DNA of 47,282 nucleotides from an uncultured Nitrososphaerales archaeon (GTDB taxonomy: Archaea > Thermoproteota > Nitrososphaeria > Nitrososphaerales > Nitrososphaeraceae), in contig CAVPXM010000037.1 in assembly GCA_963709405.1 (NCBI GenBank), positions 1-47,282 of the forward strand, in the 5' to 3' direction. Below, piece after piece: positions 23,295-35,876 of the stretch (position 1 is its first letter; each line of letters starts with the position of its first letter). Both the position numbers and the translations under genes were made by a program. Below the pieces are notes generated by a model. It saw only the letters and a list, made by a program, of their open reading frames with translations, did not search any database and was not told the origin of the DNA.

Positions 23295-23470
23295 CCATCC
23301 ATGTATAGATGGGTCACAAAACATTATTCCTTTGCCATTTACTTTGGCTTCAATAGCAGGTTGTTTTTCTCTATCTATATTCCCAATCATTTTTGCTTTG
23401 AATGGTCTTTTTGAGATGACATAGATGTGAATATTACAAGGTTCATCGTCATGTAATTCAGTAAGGTAAT
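23295..23470 (-). pseudogene. Prim-pol (AEP-type bifunctional primase/polymerase) fragment
   Basis: ELHDDEPCNIHIYVISKRPF...AIEAKVNGKGIMFCDPSIH resembles the HxY and IE.K..G...PSIH prim-pol motifs. Confidence 0.5.
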
Positions 23471-24130
23471 TTTATCTTCGAATTCTTGTACTGTTAATGC
23501 ATTACCATTTAGAGTGCATGAGTCAAGAAAGCTACTCATCGAAGGAATGTATTATAGATTTATCTATCAATATTTATGGTGATCTGATAAGAATACGTAG
23601 AGCAACTGTACCAAGATTTGCCTTGTACATAGAAACTGTTAGAAACCTAACCAAGGCCTTCGGAAATCTCTATCCCAGACTTCATAGTAGATTATTACAA
23701 GAAAAGCATCATTTTATGTTTGGCACTAAATCTCGATACATCCTTGACAAAACAAAGGGTATGGACTCATATCCTTGGTTTATAGACTACAAAGAAGGAG
23801 ATAACAAAAGTAGATGTAATTAAGGATTTTTGATAATTTATGCCTCGAACAATGCATTCAATGGCCTTACGACTAATCATGATCTCAAATCTACAAAAAT
23901 AGAGATAACTAGGAATAACTTAAGCCAATTCGAGGTAAATTTTCTTGGACTCAATTTTACGCAATATTGTCATTAACGATTATGCAAAGAAACCCAATAA
24001 TACTCAAACCATATTCAGTGCTTTTTATTTAATGTTAATGCATTTCTAGTGTTTAATACAGTCTCAATTAGAGGGTTTAACAATAATATATTCTAAAATG
24101 CAAATTTTATTACGATAATTATGATTATGA

Positions 24131-24556
24131 TTAAATGGTGCTGCTTAACTTTGCAATTAGTTCTTGGTTTGGGGAAGAGGATTCCAGATATATACAAAGA
24201 TATCTATCATTACTTTCTGTCAAAGGCGTTATAGCTATCTTAAGACTACCATGAACTTCTGCGAGTTCGACATGAACAGTCTCTGCGTTTTCTCCATTAG
24301 ATCTTTTTCCATCATTTTTATTTTTAATTGATGGAATCAAATACTTCGTATAAAAAAGATAACTTGTATTATATTGACAGAAAGCAGCAGTAGCAGTTAT
24401 ATCATCTGGCGGCCTAGCTGGTTTATTTTGAATTTTCTTTCTATATTTGCCAACGATTAGTTTTCCATTATTATCTATAACAGCTGCAAACTTTACTTCT
24501 CTACTCATACATAATGCAGCCAAGCACATTTCATAAAGGAAGTCTCTTTCTTCCAT
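24131..24556 (-). CDS. Roadblock/profilin-like hypothetical protein (Thaumarchaeota-type)
   Basis: VKFAAVIDNNGKLIVG...AITPL..RYLCIYLE; ATG at 24556 inside the longer ORF. Confidence 0.6.
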   Translation of the reverse strand: MEERDFLYEMCLAALCMSREVKFAAVIDNNGKLIVGKYRKKIQNKPARPPDDITATAAFCQYNTSYLFYTKYLIPSIKNKNDGKRSNGENAETVHVELAEVHGSLKIAITPLTESNDRYLCIYLESSSPNQELIAKLSSTI

Positions 24557-24887
24557 TAATCTTATGTAAGAGCAATAGACAATAATATTAACTATTGGAT
24601 TGAAAATGATCACAAAATTAAGAATTTTTTAAATATATTTGAAAAAAATCACACAATAAGTATCTATCTTTATATAACCATCCGCGACACTTTTACTCTA
24701 ACCATAATTCGTGACATGAAGAAAAGCTTCGAAATAGTCTACAAAAGTGAATCTTTGCTGGGATATTTCGATTATTTCTATATAAACTAGTATAGAATAC
24801 TAATTTATTTACTACCTCCGACATTAATGAGATGTTGCACCAAGGATAACATTACCTCCTGTTTATACCAATGATTCATCTATCGAA

Positions 24888-25350
24888 ATGAAGATAGACG
24901 CAGTAACAGAAGGTTTAGACGCTCATATTGCCAATCGTATAAGAATAATATCAAAGGACAATAAAGTTAGCATCATCGATTTTAATTCGTCTGTGAAATT
25001 AGAGATCAATATTTCTTACCATTATAGAGAGAATTATATAAAAATCCTGCACAGACTATCCAAATTCTGTCACGACAAACCTTTCAAGGAAGTCACAAGG
25101 GATGACGTAGTTTCATTTTTAGATAGTGCACGAAAACTAGAGATTGATGACCCACCACACAAATGGATTGGAACTTATAATCTGTATAGGAATTTGTTAC
25201 TTTGTTTTTTCAAATGGTTATATTATCCTGAAATTGAATCTAGCAAAGACCAAAACCTCCTGTAATAGAAAATATTGCCGGCCTAAGAAGCAGAGAACTG
25301 TCGATATACAAACCCTCTGACATATGGACCGTTGAAAATGATTTATTGAT
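24888..25350 (+). pseudogene. Integrase N-terminal (SAM-like) fragment
   Basis: KPFKEVTRDDVVSFLDS..DPPHKWIGTYN..FFKWLYYP, then after a frameshift KPPVIENI..YKPSDIWT; catalytic domain absent. Confidence 0.7.
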
Positions 25351-26637
25351 ACTTATCAATATAGTAAGAGCATAAGCGTTATCAGTTTACAAATAACTGT
25401 AAGTAGTAGATATTCAGAATGATACTATTCCTGCAAATAAAAATACTTAGCCCTGCATGCAATATGACACTAAATTATGGAATCTTGGATAGCCATAAGT
25501 CTATGTATTAATCGAGCCTATAGTTCTATAGTACCAGCTAGAGAAGGAAATACTTCGCATTAACCACAGCAATTACAGACGACTTTATTATCTTACAAAA
25601 TAAGTTAATTCCAAGGTGTTCTGGCGCACAGTCTCTATTATTTTGATGGCCCTAGTTTTCAGAAGCTGATCTGTTAAACCTCAATATTATATTTTTGAAT
25701 ACTCTAACTTAACCTTACGTTATTTTTACCATACAATATGCTTACTAAGGGACCAGAATAGTCGCCATTACTTCGACTCGGTCTACTTAATCGTTGTCTT
25801 ATATGTTCTTAAACTCTTCTCTAAAGTTGAAAATAACCCAGGTATCACGGGTGATTAGATTAGGCAATTTTCAATTCTATAGAGCTAAGATCCTGCAATG
25901 CAATATGTATCAAATCTAATTTCTATGCTAATCTATGCTAGCTCCTCTGTCATTGAATGAAGAATCGAGAGTACTTGAAACATTTGACAATATTCTGGCA
26001 GATATTCTATCTGTCAGGGGGGATCCATAGCATTACATGGTACCTAATTGCTAGCTTCTGCTACAACAGAAATGAAATTTAGAGAGGATATGGGATTCAT
26101 CGATACTGAAATCCAATACTACCATTATGGACAATCTATGACGGCTCGTCGTCTTACATTCAGATAAACCCAAACCATAAGACGAACACTAGTGATATTA
26201 GCTCTCGTTCTCCGTTAAATAACCTTTCCACTATATAAAGAAGAGTGCATAGCAAATCAAGATCGTACAGATAACTTCATTTATCATGATCCGAATATGG
26301 AATATACACCACTTCCAGAACATAGGTTAGAGCAAAGTCCGTGTTATGCAATAATCACTAAAAAAACAAAACTACTTTTATTGCATATTACATCCTGAAT
26401 CATTTATCCCTATTATCAGAACACCTCGTTTTAAGGCAAGATCCATTACTTTGCACACTTTGGATGCAAATGCCCAGCCCAACCCAGAGAACATCCTAGA
26501 ACTGTAAAGTCATGTGAGAAGGCGAGACATGATACGAAAGATTCCGACCACTTATAACCTATCCGAAAAGTAGTTAGAAAATGTTTATGATCTAATACGC
26601 TGCATGTATCAATAATGCAATTTCAGGAAGCGCTAAT

Positions 26638-27490
26638 ATGATACCCCTAGATGAACTATTGAATCAGGTGTCACGTGTAAACATAGCATCTTGGATTAAT
26701 ACTATCTCGTCCTTTCATACTCGGCATACAAAGTCGGATTCTATCAATGACGTAGCCAACTGGCTTAAACAAGAACTCAATCGCTTACACTACAAAAATG
26801 TCTGGTTTCACGAGTACCCACATGATGGCTATCAATTGAAAAACGTAATATGTCAGACGTTAGCAGGAGAGGATAAGACAATATTAATTTGTGCTCATTA
26901 TGATTCTATAATGGAGGATACCAATAACAGCGAAGAACGAGCACCAGGAGCAAATGATAATGCCAGTGGAATGGCTGCGGTGTTGGAACTGTCTCGTATC
27001 CTAGCTAATTCATATTTAGATTATGTTGTCAAGTTTGCCTTTTTTTCGGGAGAAGAGCAAGGACTTTGGGGATCTAACGCGTATGCAAAACACATACATC
27101 AAAAGAAAGAGAACATGGATATGCTTATCAATCTTGATATGGTAGGGTCGGCCACCGTTGGATTGCAATTCGGTTATTATAGAAAAGGATGAGGGTAATA
27201 GCGTTCAGGAGAATGATCGTACATCCTGCCACTTTGGAGAGATTATGAGAAACATGGTATCACAGTATACAAATCTACGAGCCATCGACGGCCCGATTTA
27301 CGACAGTGACTATATGCCTTTTGAAGCTTTGGGTTATGCAGTTGTCGGAATATACGATGATGGACAAGAAAGTCCTATTCATCATAGCAAGTCTGATATA
27401 CCAACTAGTCTTAATTTGGACTACATTGTTGAGATTACTAAGGTGGTCTTAGCCACTTTGTCTTTTATTAATAAGGATTTTATATTCTAG
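26638..27490 (+). pseudogene. M28-family Zn aminopeptidase, one frameshift near 27160
   Basis: CAHYDS, APGANDNASG, GEEQGLWGS, NLDMVG, SDYMPF, HHSKSD. Confidence 0.88.
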
Positions 27491-27763
27491 CGAAAATTAA
27501 TACCATTCCAAACCGATTAAACCCCATTCAGAAATTCCTTGTAAGTTGACACTGACTTTCAACCCGGTCAAAATATAGACTGTCTGGTCTAGGATTTTAT
27601 TCGTCTGTTAAAAGTCGTACATTCTTTCCGAACACAAACGATTCAATCTCATCTTTCAAACCCATATTGTTTAATCCACAGGTAGATAATCTGGTGATTG
27701 TGAGTCGATTAATTCACAACCTATCTCTTTCAAATCTTCATCTCAGTTGACAAATCTTTATCT

Positions 27764-28100
27764 CTATATCAATGCCATACTTTCGCTTCTGTAAAGTAGA
27801 TCGGATTCTATTCCCTCTATGTTATATCCAGCTATTTGTAGCAAGATTTCGATCTTATTCCAAAGAATCTCTTTGTACTTTTTGATACTGAGATCTTTAA
27901 TTTTTGTTGAATAACCTCTTTCATTAGCCAAAGACTCGTACCAATAAACAATTTCTCCTTTTTCAACACGAAGTTCTAATCCTAATATCCTAACCCTAGC
28001 GTTTCTCTCTTCAGGATATTGATTAGGATGTTTATCTAGTTGTGCTGTAAATTGCATATCTTTGGGATCAAATCTACCATAGTCTAAGGCATCAAATGCT
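27764..28100 (-). pseudogene. Possible C-terminal (thumb) fragment of a family B DNA polymerase
   Basis: L.KHPNQY..G..VEKGEIVYWYES..DLSIKKYKEILW..I..LL resembles PolB C-termini; no catalytic motifs present. Confidence 0.4.
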
Positions 28101-28194
28101 TGATTTATGATCGGTATTACGCCGACACCAGGATTAGTTATTATATGAGTTGCAATTTTTTGTATTTGGTTGTTTTATCTATTTGGGATATCTT

Positions 28195-28755
28195 CTACTC
28201 ATTCCATCCAGATTCTTCAAAATTGATATCCTTTATTCTTATAGCACACCCTTCAACTGCGCGCAGTCCTCCAGACGCCAGAACCAAAAGATATGTCTTA
28301 AGCCTACGATTATTGCATGACAGTAGTATTTTTCTAATATCCGCAGCATCTATTGGCTCCTCTTTCTCTTTAAGGGTTTTTGGCACCTTTACTTTCCTTT
28401 TAAATTTTGATGGTATGATATCAATATCGTAATATGCAAAGTACGATTTTATTCCTATTAGGTACGTTTTTATGTTCTGCGGATTGTTTCTTTCTTGATT
28501 TTCATTAATACTTTCAAAGGAAACAAAGGCATCAAGTAACTCGTAAACATTAATTTGATCATGTAATATTAGATCTATAATAGAATCTACGTTGTGCTCC
28601 AGGTTAAATCGATGATGAAGGAATCTCTGTAAGTGGACTAGCCCTGTCCAATAGTTGCTTCTAGTCCTCATGCTGTTCTTTCCTATAGTATTTAAAAGGG
28701 CTCTGGACTTTGGATATTTGTCAATTTCCTTGCGTACGGAGTCCCTATTTAGCAA
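28195..28755 (-). pseudogene. Tyrosine recombinase/integrase, C-terminally truncated
   Basis: FKRKVKVPK..EPIDAADIRKILL..RLKTYLLVLASGGLRAVEGCAIRIKDINF; ends right after the first catalytic Arg box. Confidence 0.85.
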
Positions 28756-28944
28756 TGATTTCTTTAAGCGTAGTCTAAATATAAACTATTTTAGTTATTA
28801 TCTAAATTAAAATGCAATCTTTACTGTTCTCTTTGGAAAGAGATAATGATAGGACACCAGAGGAAATTCTTAAGTTGACTATATTATAAAAAGTTAAGAC
28901 CTTTTTTGTACTGAAAGATAGTATTACGGTTGCTGCTATCAGTG

Positions 28945-30147
28945 TTATTGTTGTCCTTTTTTATCTATGTGTCTTTGAATCGCATTTCTTAATGTATCGG
29001 TAACTATATGAATAATGCGAGGATCATCTACTTTAGGTATGATGTAGTCATACTTCAAATTATCTCTATCTACAATATCTGCAATCGCATTTGCAACAGA
29101 TACAAGCATGTCTTCGCTTAAAGTATTCACTCTAAGATCTAATAACGCTCGCAGTATTGATGGAAATACCACCGCGTTATTAAGTTGGTTAACAAAGTCT
29201 GACCTACCAGTCGCTACGATTCTTGCTCCTCCTTCTAATGCATCGGATGGAAGAATCTCTGGGTCAGGATTACTTAGTGCAAATACAATAGCGTCATGAT
29301 TCATAGACCGTACCATATCCTTATTTATTAAATCGCCCTTTCCGGACACTCCAATAAATACATCACTACCAGTTAGGACATCAGCGAGACTTCCTCTCAA
29401 TTTATTAGGATTTGTTTTCTTGGCTATTTCTTTTTTATATGGGTTTCCTACGTCTTTACTCCTGTTTTCATATATTGCTCCAGAACTATCGGTTACGACA
29501 ATATTCCTACATCCTGCTTCTTTTAATATCATCGATATTCCGTATCCGGCAGACCCTGCTCCTGCTATCACCACTCTTATACCCTCAATTCTCTTTTGCA
29601 ATAATTTGAGGGCATTTAATAATCCTGCAAGAGCAATAATAGCAGTGCCATGCTGATCGTCATGGAAAACTGGGATTGAGAGATCCTTATGAAGCCTCTC
29701 TACGATCTCGAGTACCTTTGGTGATTCTATATCTTCGATATTCACAGCCCCAAATACTGGCTGTATTGCTTTTACAAACCTAATTATCTCTTCTTTGTCC
29801 TTTATATCTACACATAGCGGATATGCATTGATGCCGCCTAGTGCCTTAAACAAAACAGATTTTCCTTCCATGACTGGTATTGCGCCTTCAGGACCAATAT
29901 TGCCTAATCCAAGTACTCGTGTCCCGTCACACACAATTGCGACATTATTCCATTTTGATGTGTAGTCATATGTCAATTTTTTGTCAATACTTATTTTTTT
30001 GGCGACCGATGCAACACCGGGAGTGTAGATTAGATCCAGCATGTCATTCTTGCCTTCCCATGAGCCGTCTATGGATACCCTATTATGAATTTCGATTTTT
30101 CCCTTTAGCATTCGATGGAGGTTTATGGCATCTTCTTCTAAACTCAA
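28945..30147 (-). CDS. NAD(P)-dependent malic enzyme
   Basis: YTPGVA, DGTRVLGLGNIG, VMEGK, NIEDI, FHDDQHGTA, GAGSAG, ALSNPDPE, ATGRSD, NQLNN; intact 400 aa. Confidence 0.95.
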   Translation of the reverse strand: MSLEEDAINLHRMLKGKIEIHNRVSIDGSWEGKNDMLDLIYTPGVASVAKKISIDKKLTYDYTSKWNNVAIVCDGTRVLGLGNIGPEGAIPVMEGKSVLFKALGGINAYPLCVDIKDKEEIIRFVKAIQPVFGAVNIEDIESPKVLEIVERLHKDLSIPVFHDDQHGTAIIALAGLLNALKLLQKRIEGIRVVIAGAGSAGYGISMILKEAGCRNIVVTDSSGAIYENRSKDVGNPYKKEIAKKTNPNKLRGSLADVLTGSDVFIGVSGKGDLINKDMVRSMNHDAIVFALSNPDPEILPSDALEGGARIVATGRSDFVNQLNNAVVFPSILRALLDLRVNTLSEDMLVSVANAIADIVDRDNLKYDYIIPKVDDPRIIHIVTDTLRNAIQRHIDKKGQQ

Positions 30148-31086
30148 TTAGGTAATCAATTACATATAATGATGTCAATGTATATAGATTGCTATATTTT
30201 GTAAAAAGATTAATTTCAAATATTCATAAGGATCGTAAAAATGGCAAGTCAAATGAATGCCTTATGATTATTATTCTTTTCGCGTAATCTCTTTAGAGGA
30301 TTATTGGCAGTTCGTCACTTTTCATTTGACATGTGAATGATTTATTCATTCCATTCTTTTATTACATGCTATTCTTTCTATTGCCAAATAGCTGATTCAG
30401 AATTCGTATCATCTAATAGTCTGAAATCATTTTGGATTCTAATGCTCGATATCTTATCAATAATAAAATGGCTTCTATTTATTTTGATTCATCTGCAATC
30501 TTTTTGATAACTTGATAAATCCAATATGCTTTGGTAGGTGTCCAAGTTTGATTAATAACTCATCAGGAAATGATTGATTTGATGTTGATGTATGCTCAAT
30601 GAGTATTCAATATCAAAAAAAGGACAATAATGAGTAAGAAACTCTTTTAATCTTTATTATGCACAAGTTTTCTGTAAGTGTAGGAAGGAGTCATATCATT
30701 GCCTGCCATGTGATAAAGAATTTATGGAAAAGACAATGGCAAACATTCATAGAAGGTCAACAGGTCACCAAATCATAGAAAGAATATTGGAAAAATGATG
30801 GAATTTTACATTGATTTTTTTAACCTTTGAACAGTAAAAATCGTTTAATCCTTAGAATCCGATCGCAGAGAACATGGTATCTACTTTACATACTATTGAT
30901 TGCCGTCCACCTCAGACTTACATTCATGATTATTTATATAGCTCAATACCGTGTAATTTATAGAAAGATAACATAGTAAGGAGTCGATGTTACTCTTGTT
31001 TATCTGCTTGCCTTTCCCACAGAACCACTGCTTTGAGCGGAATTATAGCTTTTGTCGGTAAGTGTGGTTTGCTTGAGAAAGTTCAC

Positions 31087-31655
31087 TTACTTACCAAACT
31101 TATCTTTGGAACCCTTCCATACTTGAAAGACAGGTTCATATTCTTCAAAGGAATGACTAACTAAACCTAGTTGCATCATAAAACTAAGGTCATCACGAAT
31201 TGCTCTGTGTTACACTATTTTCCATCACCAATTCTGAATATATGTTACTGCTTCATAGGAAAAGATATGTCCTGTTCGAGAAATGCTAAAAAGTCGTCGT
31301 CGACATGTTTATACCTAGTATTTACAAGAGTAACAATCTTCCATTTTGTAGCTATGGATGTTCATCATAATGAAGATCAGTAAACGCGTCCCAGTAACGA
31401 TTTGATAGTATCGATAAACTCATCTGAACCCTTTAGACCAGATCTATATTTAATCATATGTTAAAAATGATTTGGAATATTTGATGTGTTTGGTACCTTG
31501 CAAGTCCTTGTGATACACATCTATATAATCAGGACTTATAATTCATGAAACTTGCTTACATCTCCTGTGTTGATAACTTGACCAGCAAGTCGTGCAATTC
31601 TAATGTTTTCTTTTTCCACCTTATCTATTTCATTTTCCACTTCTTGTGAATACAT
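31087..31655 (-). pseudogene. SnoaL-like ester cyclase, multiply disrupted
   Basis: Piecewise translation: INTGDVSK..GLKGSDEF..AFTDLHY..TG..FSYEAV..IFRIGDGK..HRAIRDDLSFMMQLG. Confidence 0.65.
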
Positions 31656-32209
31656 AAGCAAATGTATTTTATGACAGTGGCGACCTAGACCAAAAGTATC
31701 TTACCCTAGTACATTTCCTGATAATAATTTTCTAAAGAGACAAATTAGATCTTCTCAAAATAGTCTTTCTACAGATAGGACGTATTAAAAAAAATATTTT
31801 TGATTATAAATTGGTAGATGATGGTAGAGATTTCGACAGACCAATAATTGATAAGTACTTCAGTCATCCAGAAAACTGTTTTATTACGAATTACAACGAC
31901 AAAAATAAATGATGTTCCCCCGGATACTGAATCATCAGCGGAAATGAGGGATGTAATGACAACAAATAATGCGAGTTATTTCCCTCAATGGATTCAGAAT
32001 AATAATCATAATTTAACACACGATACTCTAAGAATAATTTTATTTTTTAACAAATTCCCTAACAATCAAATAGAAGATCTGTCATAACATTTCAATCCTA
32101 TGGACAATGTATCTTTGAATGGGTCCCACATATGTTATCTAGGTTTGCCTTGCCTTGCAGTAGATTAATAGCTCTTAAGAATAATATTGTTGAATATATC
32201 TTAGTTGAT

Positions 32210-32740
32210 ATGGCCAATATTATCAATAACACAAACCTAGACTATATAGGTCAAACAATTGAGAATGGTAAAAGAGATAAGTCCACACTGAAAAGACCTG
32301 TTAAATTACAAGGAGAGTGGAATCTTGACCCAAGTAAAAGTTATCAGTTTAAAACAGAACTAACTTATGAAAAAGGTAAGCAAGTAATTGAAATAGACTC
32401 TCCTTCATTTCTTGGTGGAAATGGCAACAGGCTTGGACCTATGGCATATTGCATAGCAGGTATTGCTTCTTGTTTTATAGCAACATTTGTAAGTTTTGCA
32501 GCAAGTAAAGGAGTAAGATTAACTAAACTTAATGTAAACACTGAATGCATTATCAATTTTGCCAAGACTTTTGATATAGAGGACGAGCCAATAACTGAAG
32601 GTATTAATTTTCAGATCCAAGTAGAAAGCGATAATACTAATAAGAAACAACTTGAAGAACTACTAAAGCATGCAGAAGAAAGATGTCCTGCAATGTATAG
32701 CATGAAACATGAAATTAAGGTAAATACGATGATAAAATAA
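32210..32740 (+). CDS. OsmC/Ohr family protein
   Basis: DSPSFLGG.G..LGPMAYCIAGIASC and AEERCP two-Cys signature; ATG at 32210. Confidence 0.85.
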   Translation: MANIINNTNLDYIGQTIENGKRDKSTLKRPVKLQGEWNLDPSKSYQFKTELTYEKGKQVIEIDSPSFLGGNGNRLGPMAYCIAGIASCFIATFVSFAASKGVRLTKLNVNTECIINFAKTFDIEDEPITEGINFQIQVESDNTNKKQLEELLKHAEERCPAMYSMKHEIKVNTMIK

Positions 32741-33178
32741 GAAATGTGAAAGTATGAAAGAAACTAGAGCTTAATAAAAATTAAGAAAAGTAGATCAATA
32801 ATATCCTTTAAGATCGAAATATGGAGGATTCCAAGTTAAACCAAATCTTAGGCATGTGATACGGTGGGATCGTATGAAGTTTGCAATGCAGTGTACACCT
32901 CTATCATATAGATAATAACCTACACTTTTGGTTATATCTTATATTTCATTATTTAAGTCTAAGTTATAGATTTACTGATTTGTTGTACCATGAAATATTT
33001 TGGATTCGGTTAACACCTCAATCTAATGGTTTAGCTTAGACTGTTATCTCGTATAGATTTGTTCGTAATTATAACGAATACATCTAAAAAATACATAATG
33101 GAATGGTATCACCAACTCTATGCTAGTCAGACTTCCATTTTTTTGCTACTGTGATATAATAAATATTTTTTGATTGTC

Positions 33179-33451
33179 TTACTGTAAGCCTATCACATTG
33201 ACTGCATTACCATCGCCTTGGATTTGGTTGGCTAAGTTCTGACATTTGATGTTAAATGGCAAATTCCCATTACCGCAAAAGTTGGCTTGAGCAATTGTTT
33301 GACTTTGTTTGTTGCCACTACTACTACGATACTTCTTCTTACACTTTGCTAACGCATCTTGACTAACTGCCGCTGCAGTTATTAATATTCCTGCGAGTAC
33401 TGCGACTGCAATGATAGTTACTATCATTTGACTTTTCATTTCCATTTGCAA
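33179..33451 (-). CDS. Small secreted protein with QANxCGNG/C motif
   Basis: Hydrophobic signal peptide ending ALA; Asn/Gln-rich domain QANFCGNG..CQN. Confidence 0.65.
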   Translation of the reverse strand: MQMEMKSQMIVTIIAVAVLAGILITAAAVSQDALAKCKKKYRSSSGNKQSQTIAQANFCGNGNLPFNIKCQNLANQIQGDGNAVNVIGLQ

Positions 33452-33654
33452 TAGTAATGTATTGGTATATCTCAGTTAAGGAGTTGAAATAGATATTTTA
33501 GATATATTACTTCCATATCATCTTATGTTATGAAAGATAGTTATACAATTAGTTCGGATGTTTTTTAGTATTATTAGATCCGAAATATTTGCCATAAAAA
33601 TGAGTACTAGAAAGAAACGCACATATTCATTTTGGTATTATTTCTAAGCAAATC

Positions 33655-34463
33655 GTCAGACCTCATAATATCAAGTACAAGAAGATAACATCTGAAATAC
33701 AGGAGACAATACTTGATCTACGATTAACCAAGAGATTTGGATGTAATAGGATCAAGTTTAGATTGAGAAAGATTGTTGGAATCTCATTAAGCACTCGAAC
33801 CATATACAAGATACTAAAGAGACATGGTCTAAATGTTCTAAACTGTAAGACAAGGAATAATAAAAAATACAAAAGGTTTGCAATGAAACGACCTAACGAT
33901 ATAGTACAGATGGATATTCTTGGACCGTTTTATATTCGTAATTCCAGTCAAAGGAATTATTACATCATTAGCTGTTTAGACGATTGTTCAAGAAAAGTAG
34001 CTAGCAAGTGGTCTGAAAGAAAGAGGTCAGTAGATGTTCTTAACGTACTGGAAGAATGGATAATCCTTAATGGTAAGCCTAAGAAGATAATGCATGATAA
34101 CGGTAAACAGTTTACATCCAAAATATTCAGACGCTTTCTTGTACACAATCAGATAAAGGATAAGCAAATATCAAATTCTCTACCCACAGCTACAAGGGAA
34201 AATAGAAGCATATAACAAGATAGTGAAAAATGAGTTTCTAGCAATAAGAAGATATACCAAACACAGATGATGGTAAGCTAAGATATGATATGTTTGTAAA
34301 AGCGTACAATGAAACTAGAGAACATGGAGGAATAAATGGTCTTACTCCATCAGAGATGTTTCTACAAAGATTAATTACATCCACCATAAGTATAAGAACT
34401 AAGGCAGCAAAGTGTAACCCATGTAGGTACTTAATAATGTAACCTATCTGTGCAAGTACAACA
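33655..34463 (+). mobile_element. IS481 partial copy (5' truncated, frameshifted)
   Basis: Similar to 11155-12187 and retains the right end ...TGCAAGTACAACA. Confidence 0.88.
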
Positions 34464-34558
34464 ATTAATCATAGCCAGTCAACACTTAAGCTACATAAGT
34501 TGCGATTCTCAAACAAGTAATCGCTATATATTTGTTTATCATGACCTATCATGGAGAT

Positions 34559-35029
34559 ATGGGATCAAAAGAAGAAGCGACTATAAAGAACTGGACAGAT
34601 TTGATTAATAAATCTGTTCATACCACTGACGACATTGATATCGGTGACATAGAAGCCGTAAGTAGAGATATAGTTGTAGTAAAGCGCGGATTTGTACATA
34701 TACACTATTACTATATCCCAGTAGCTAATGTAGAAGGATGGGATGGTAATGTATTATGGCTCAAAATTACTGAAAGTGAAGTAAAAGGGAAATATGAGAG
34801 GAATAAGGTACCTGATCCTACACTTTACTATGTTAAGGACTATCCATATTACACAATAGCTTACTATACAGATTTACCTATAATTCCGTCCAAATATAAT
34901 AGACCCGACTATCTAATAACAAATCCACCTACAGTTGATGCACCACGTTTGCACAGATGTAGTCTTTGTGATGAATCCTTCGAATCCGAAGATGAGTTAA
35001 GTTATCACATTAAAGCAGTTTCGCACTAG
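34559..35029 (+). CDS. PRC-barrel-like protein with C-terminal C2H2 zinc finger
   Basis: NKSVHTTDDIDIGDIEAV..YYIP..VEGWDG and CSLC..F....L..H....H. Confidence 0.65.
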   Translation: MGSKEEATIKNWTDLINKSVHTTDDIDIGDIEAVSRDIVVVKRGFVHIHYYYIPVANVEGWDGNVLWLKITESEVKGKYERNKVPDPTLYYVKDYPYYTIAYYTDLPIIPSKYNRPDYLITNPPTVDAPRLHRCSLCDESFESEDELSYHIKAVSH

Positions 35030-35551
35030 TACCATGTACAGTTAGCTAAGATTTCGTTTCACACTGCCATTAAACACGATACACTGAATATCGACTGAAA
35101 AATTAAGAGTCTTACCCCAGTGTTTATGCGTACGCTGCATACTGGGTGTATGTGTATCAACCTACAGTACAGTATTCGTTGGGACTTGATAGATTAAAGA
35201 TTTACGCAAGATGATAGTAGGAAAACATTTGTACTAGGGGAAATTGTTTGAATATTACTCCACACTATTGAGTAACATCAATATCATCCATTCTCCGGGT
35301 TGGTATGATGGAGGCTAATTTTGATTTTGAAAATATGCTTGTACCGAACTAGGCGGCCGGTATATTGTATCGTCCTTCTAATAGAGAAATCAATAATGTG
35401 AGATCTACTCCGTTATTTTTATTATAATGGTCAGGGCTAATTGATAAAATGGTATGTTGTTCATGAGAAAATCTATAATGGAGTAACCTGTAAAAGTAAC
35501 CAAGAAATTATTTCTATAACTTATATAATAACGAATGCCTACCTATAACGT

Positions 35552-35745
35552 ATGGCTTCCAGAAGTATGTGGGCTGGCAGTATAAGCTTTGGTTTGGTCA
35601 ATATTCCTGTGAAAGTCTATTTAGCTACTGAAGATAGGAATTTTTCTTTTAATCAATTGTGTCCGAATGATCATAGGATTCAATATAAGAGATGGTGCCC
35701 AGTAGAGAATAAGGAAGTAGGCTATAATGAAATAAAGAAAGGAAC
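35552..35745 (+). pseudogene. ku: Ku (NHEJ) protein, N-terminal fragment
   Basis: RSMWAGSISFGLVNIPVKVYLAT...RIQYKRWC...EIKKG is the diagnostic prokaryotic Ku N-terminus; truncated after ~64 aa. Confidence 0.88.
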
Positions 35746-35876
35746 GAAGACGAAAGGTGTTGCTAATTATTCATATATAGTGTCATATTTATATTAGTTA
35801 GATTATGTAGTAACATACGCTTAAAATATTTCCTAATTTCCATCATCTCTCAGATACAACTATTGACACATGCACA

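Noticed and set aside
25400-26600. Degraded gene or RNA in a long ORF-free tract
   Set aside because: Probably decayed coding DNA, but no motif, repeat or structure could be recognised.
1834-30155. Antisense ORFs over real genes (e.g. 1834-2175, 7553-7876, 14131-14502, 21763-22176, 29108-30155)
   Set aside because: Shadow frames of well-supported opposite-strand genes, with no motifs of their own.
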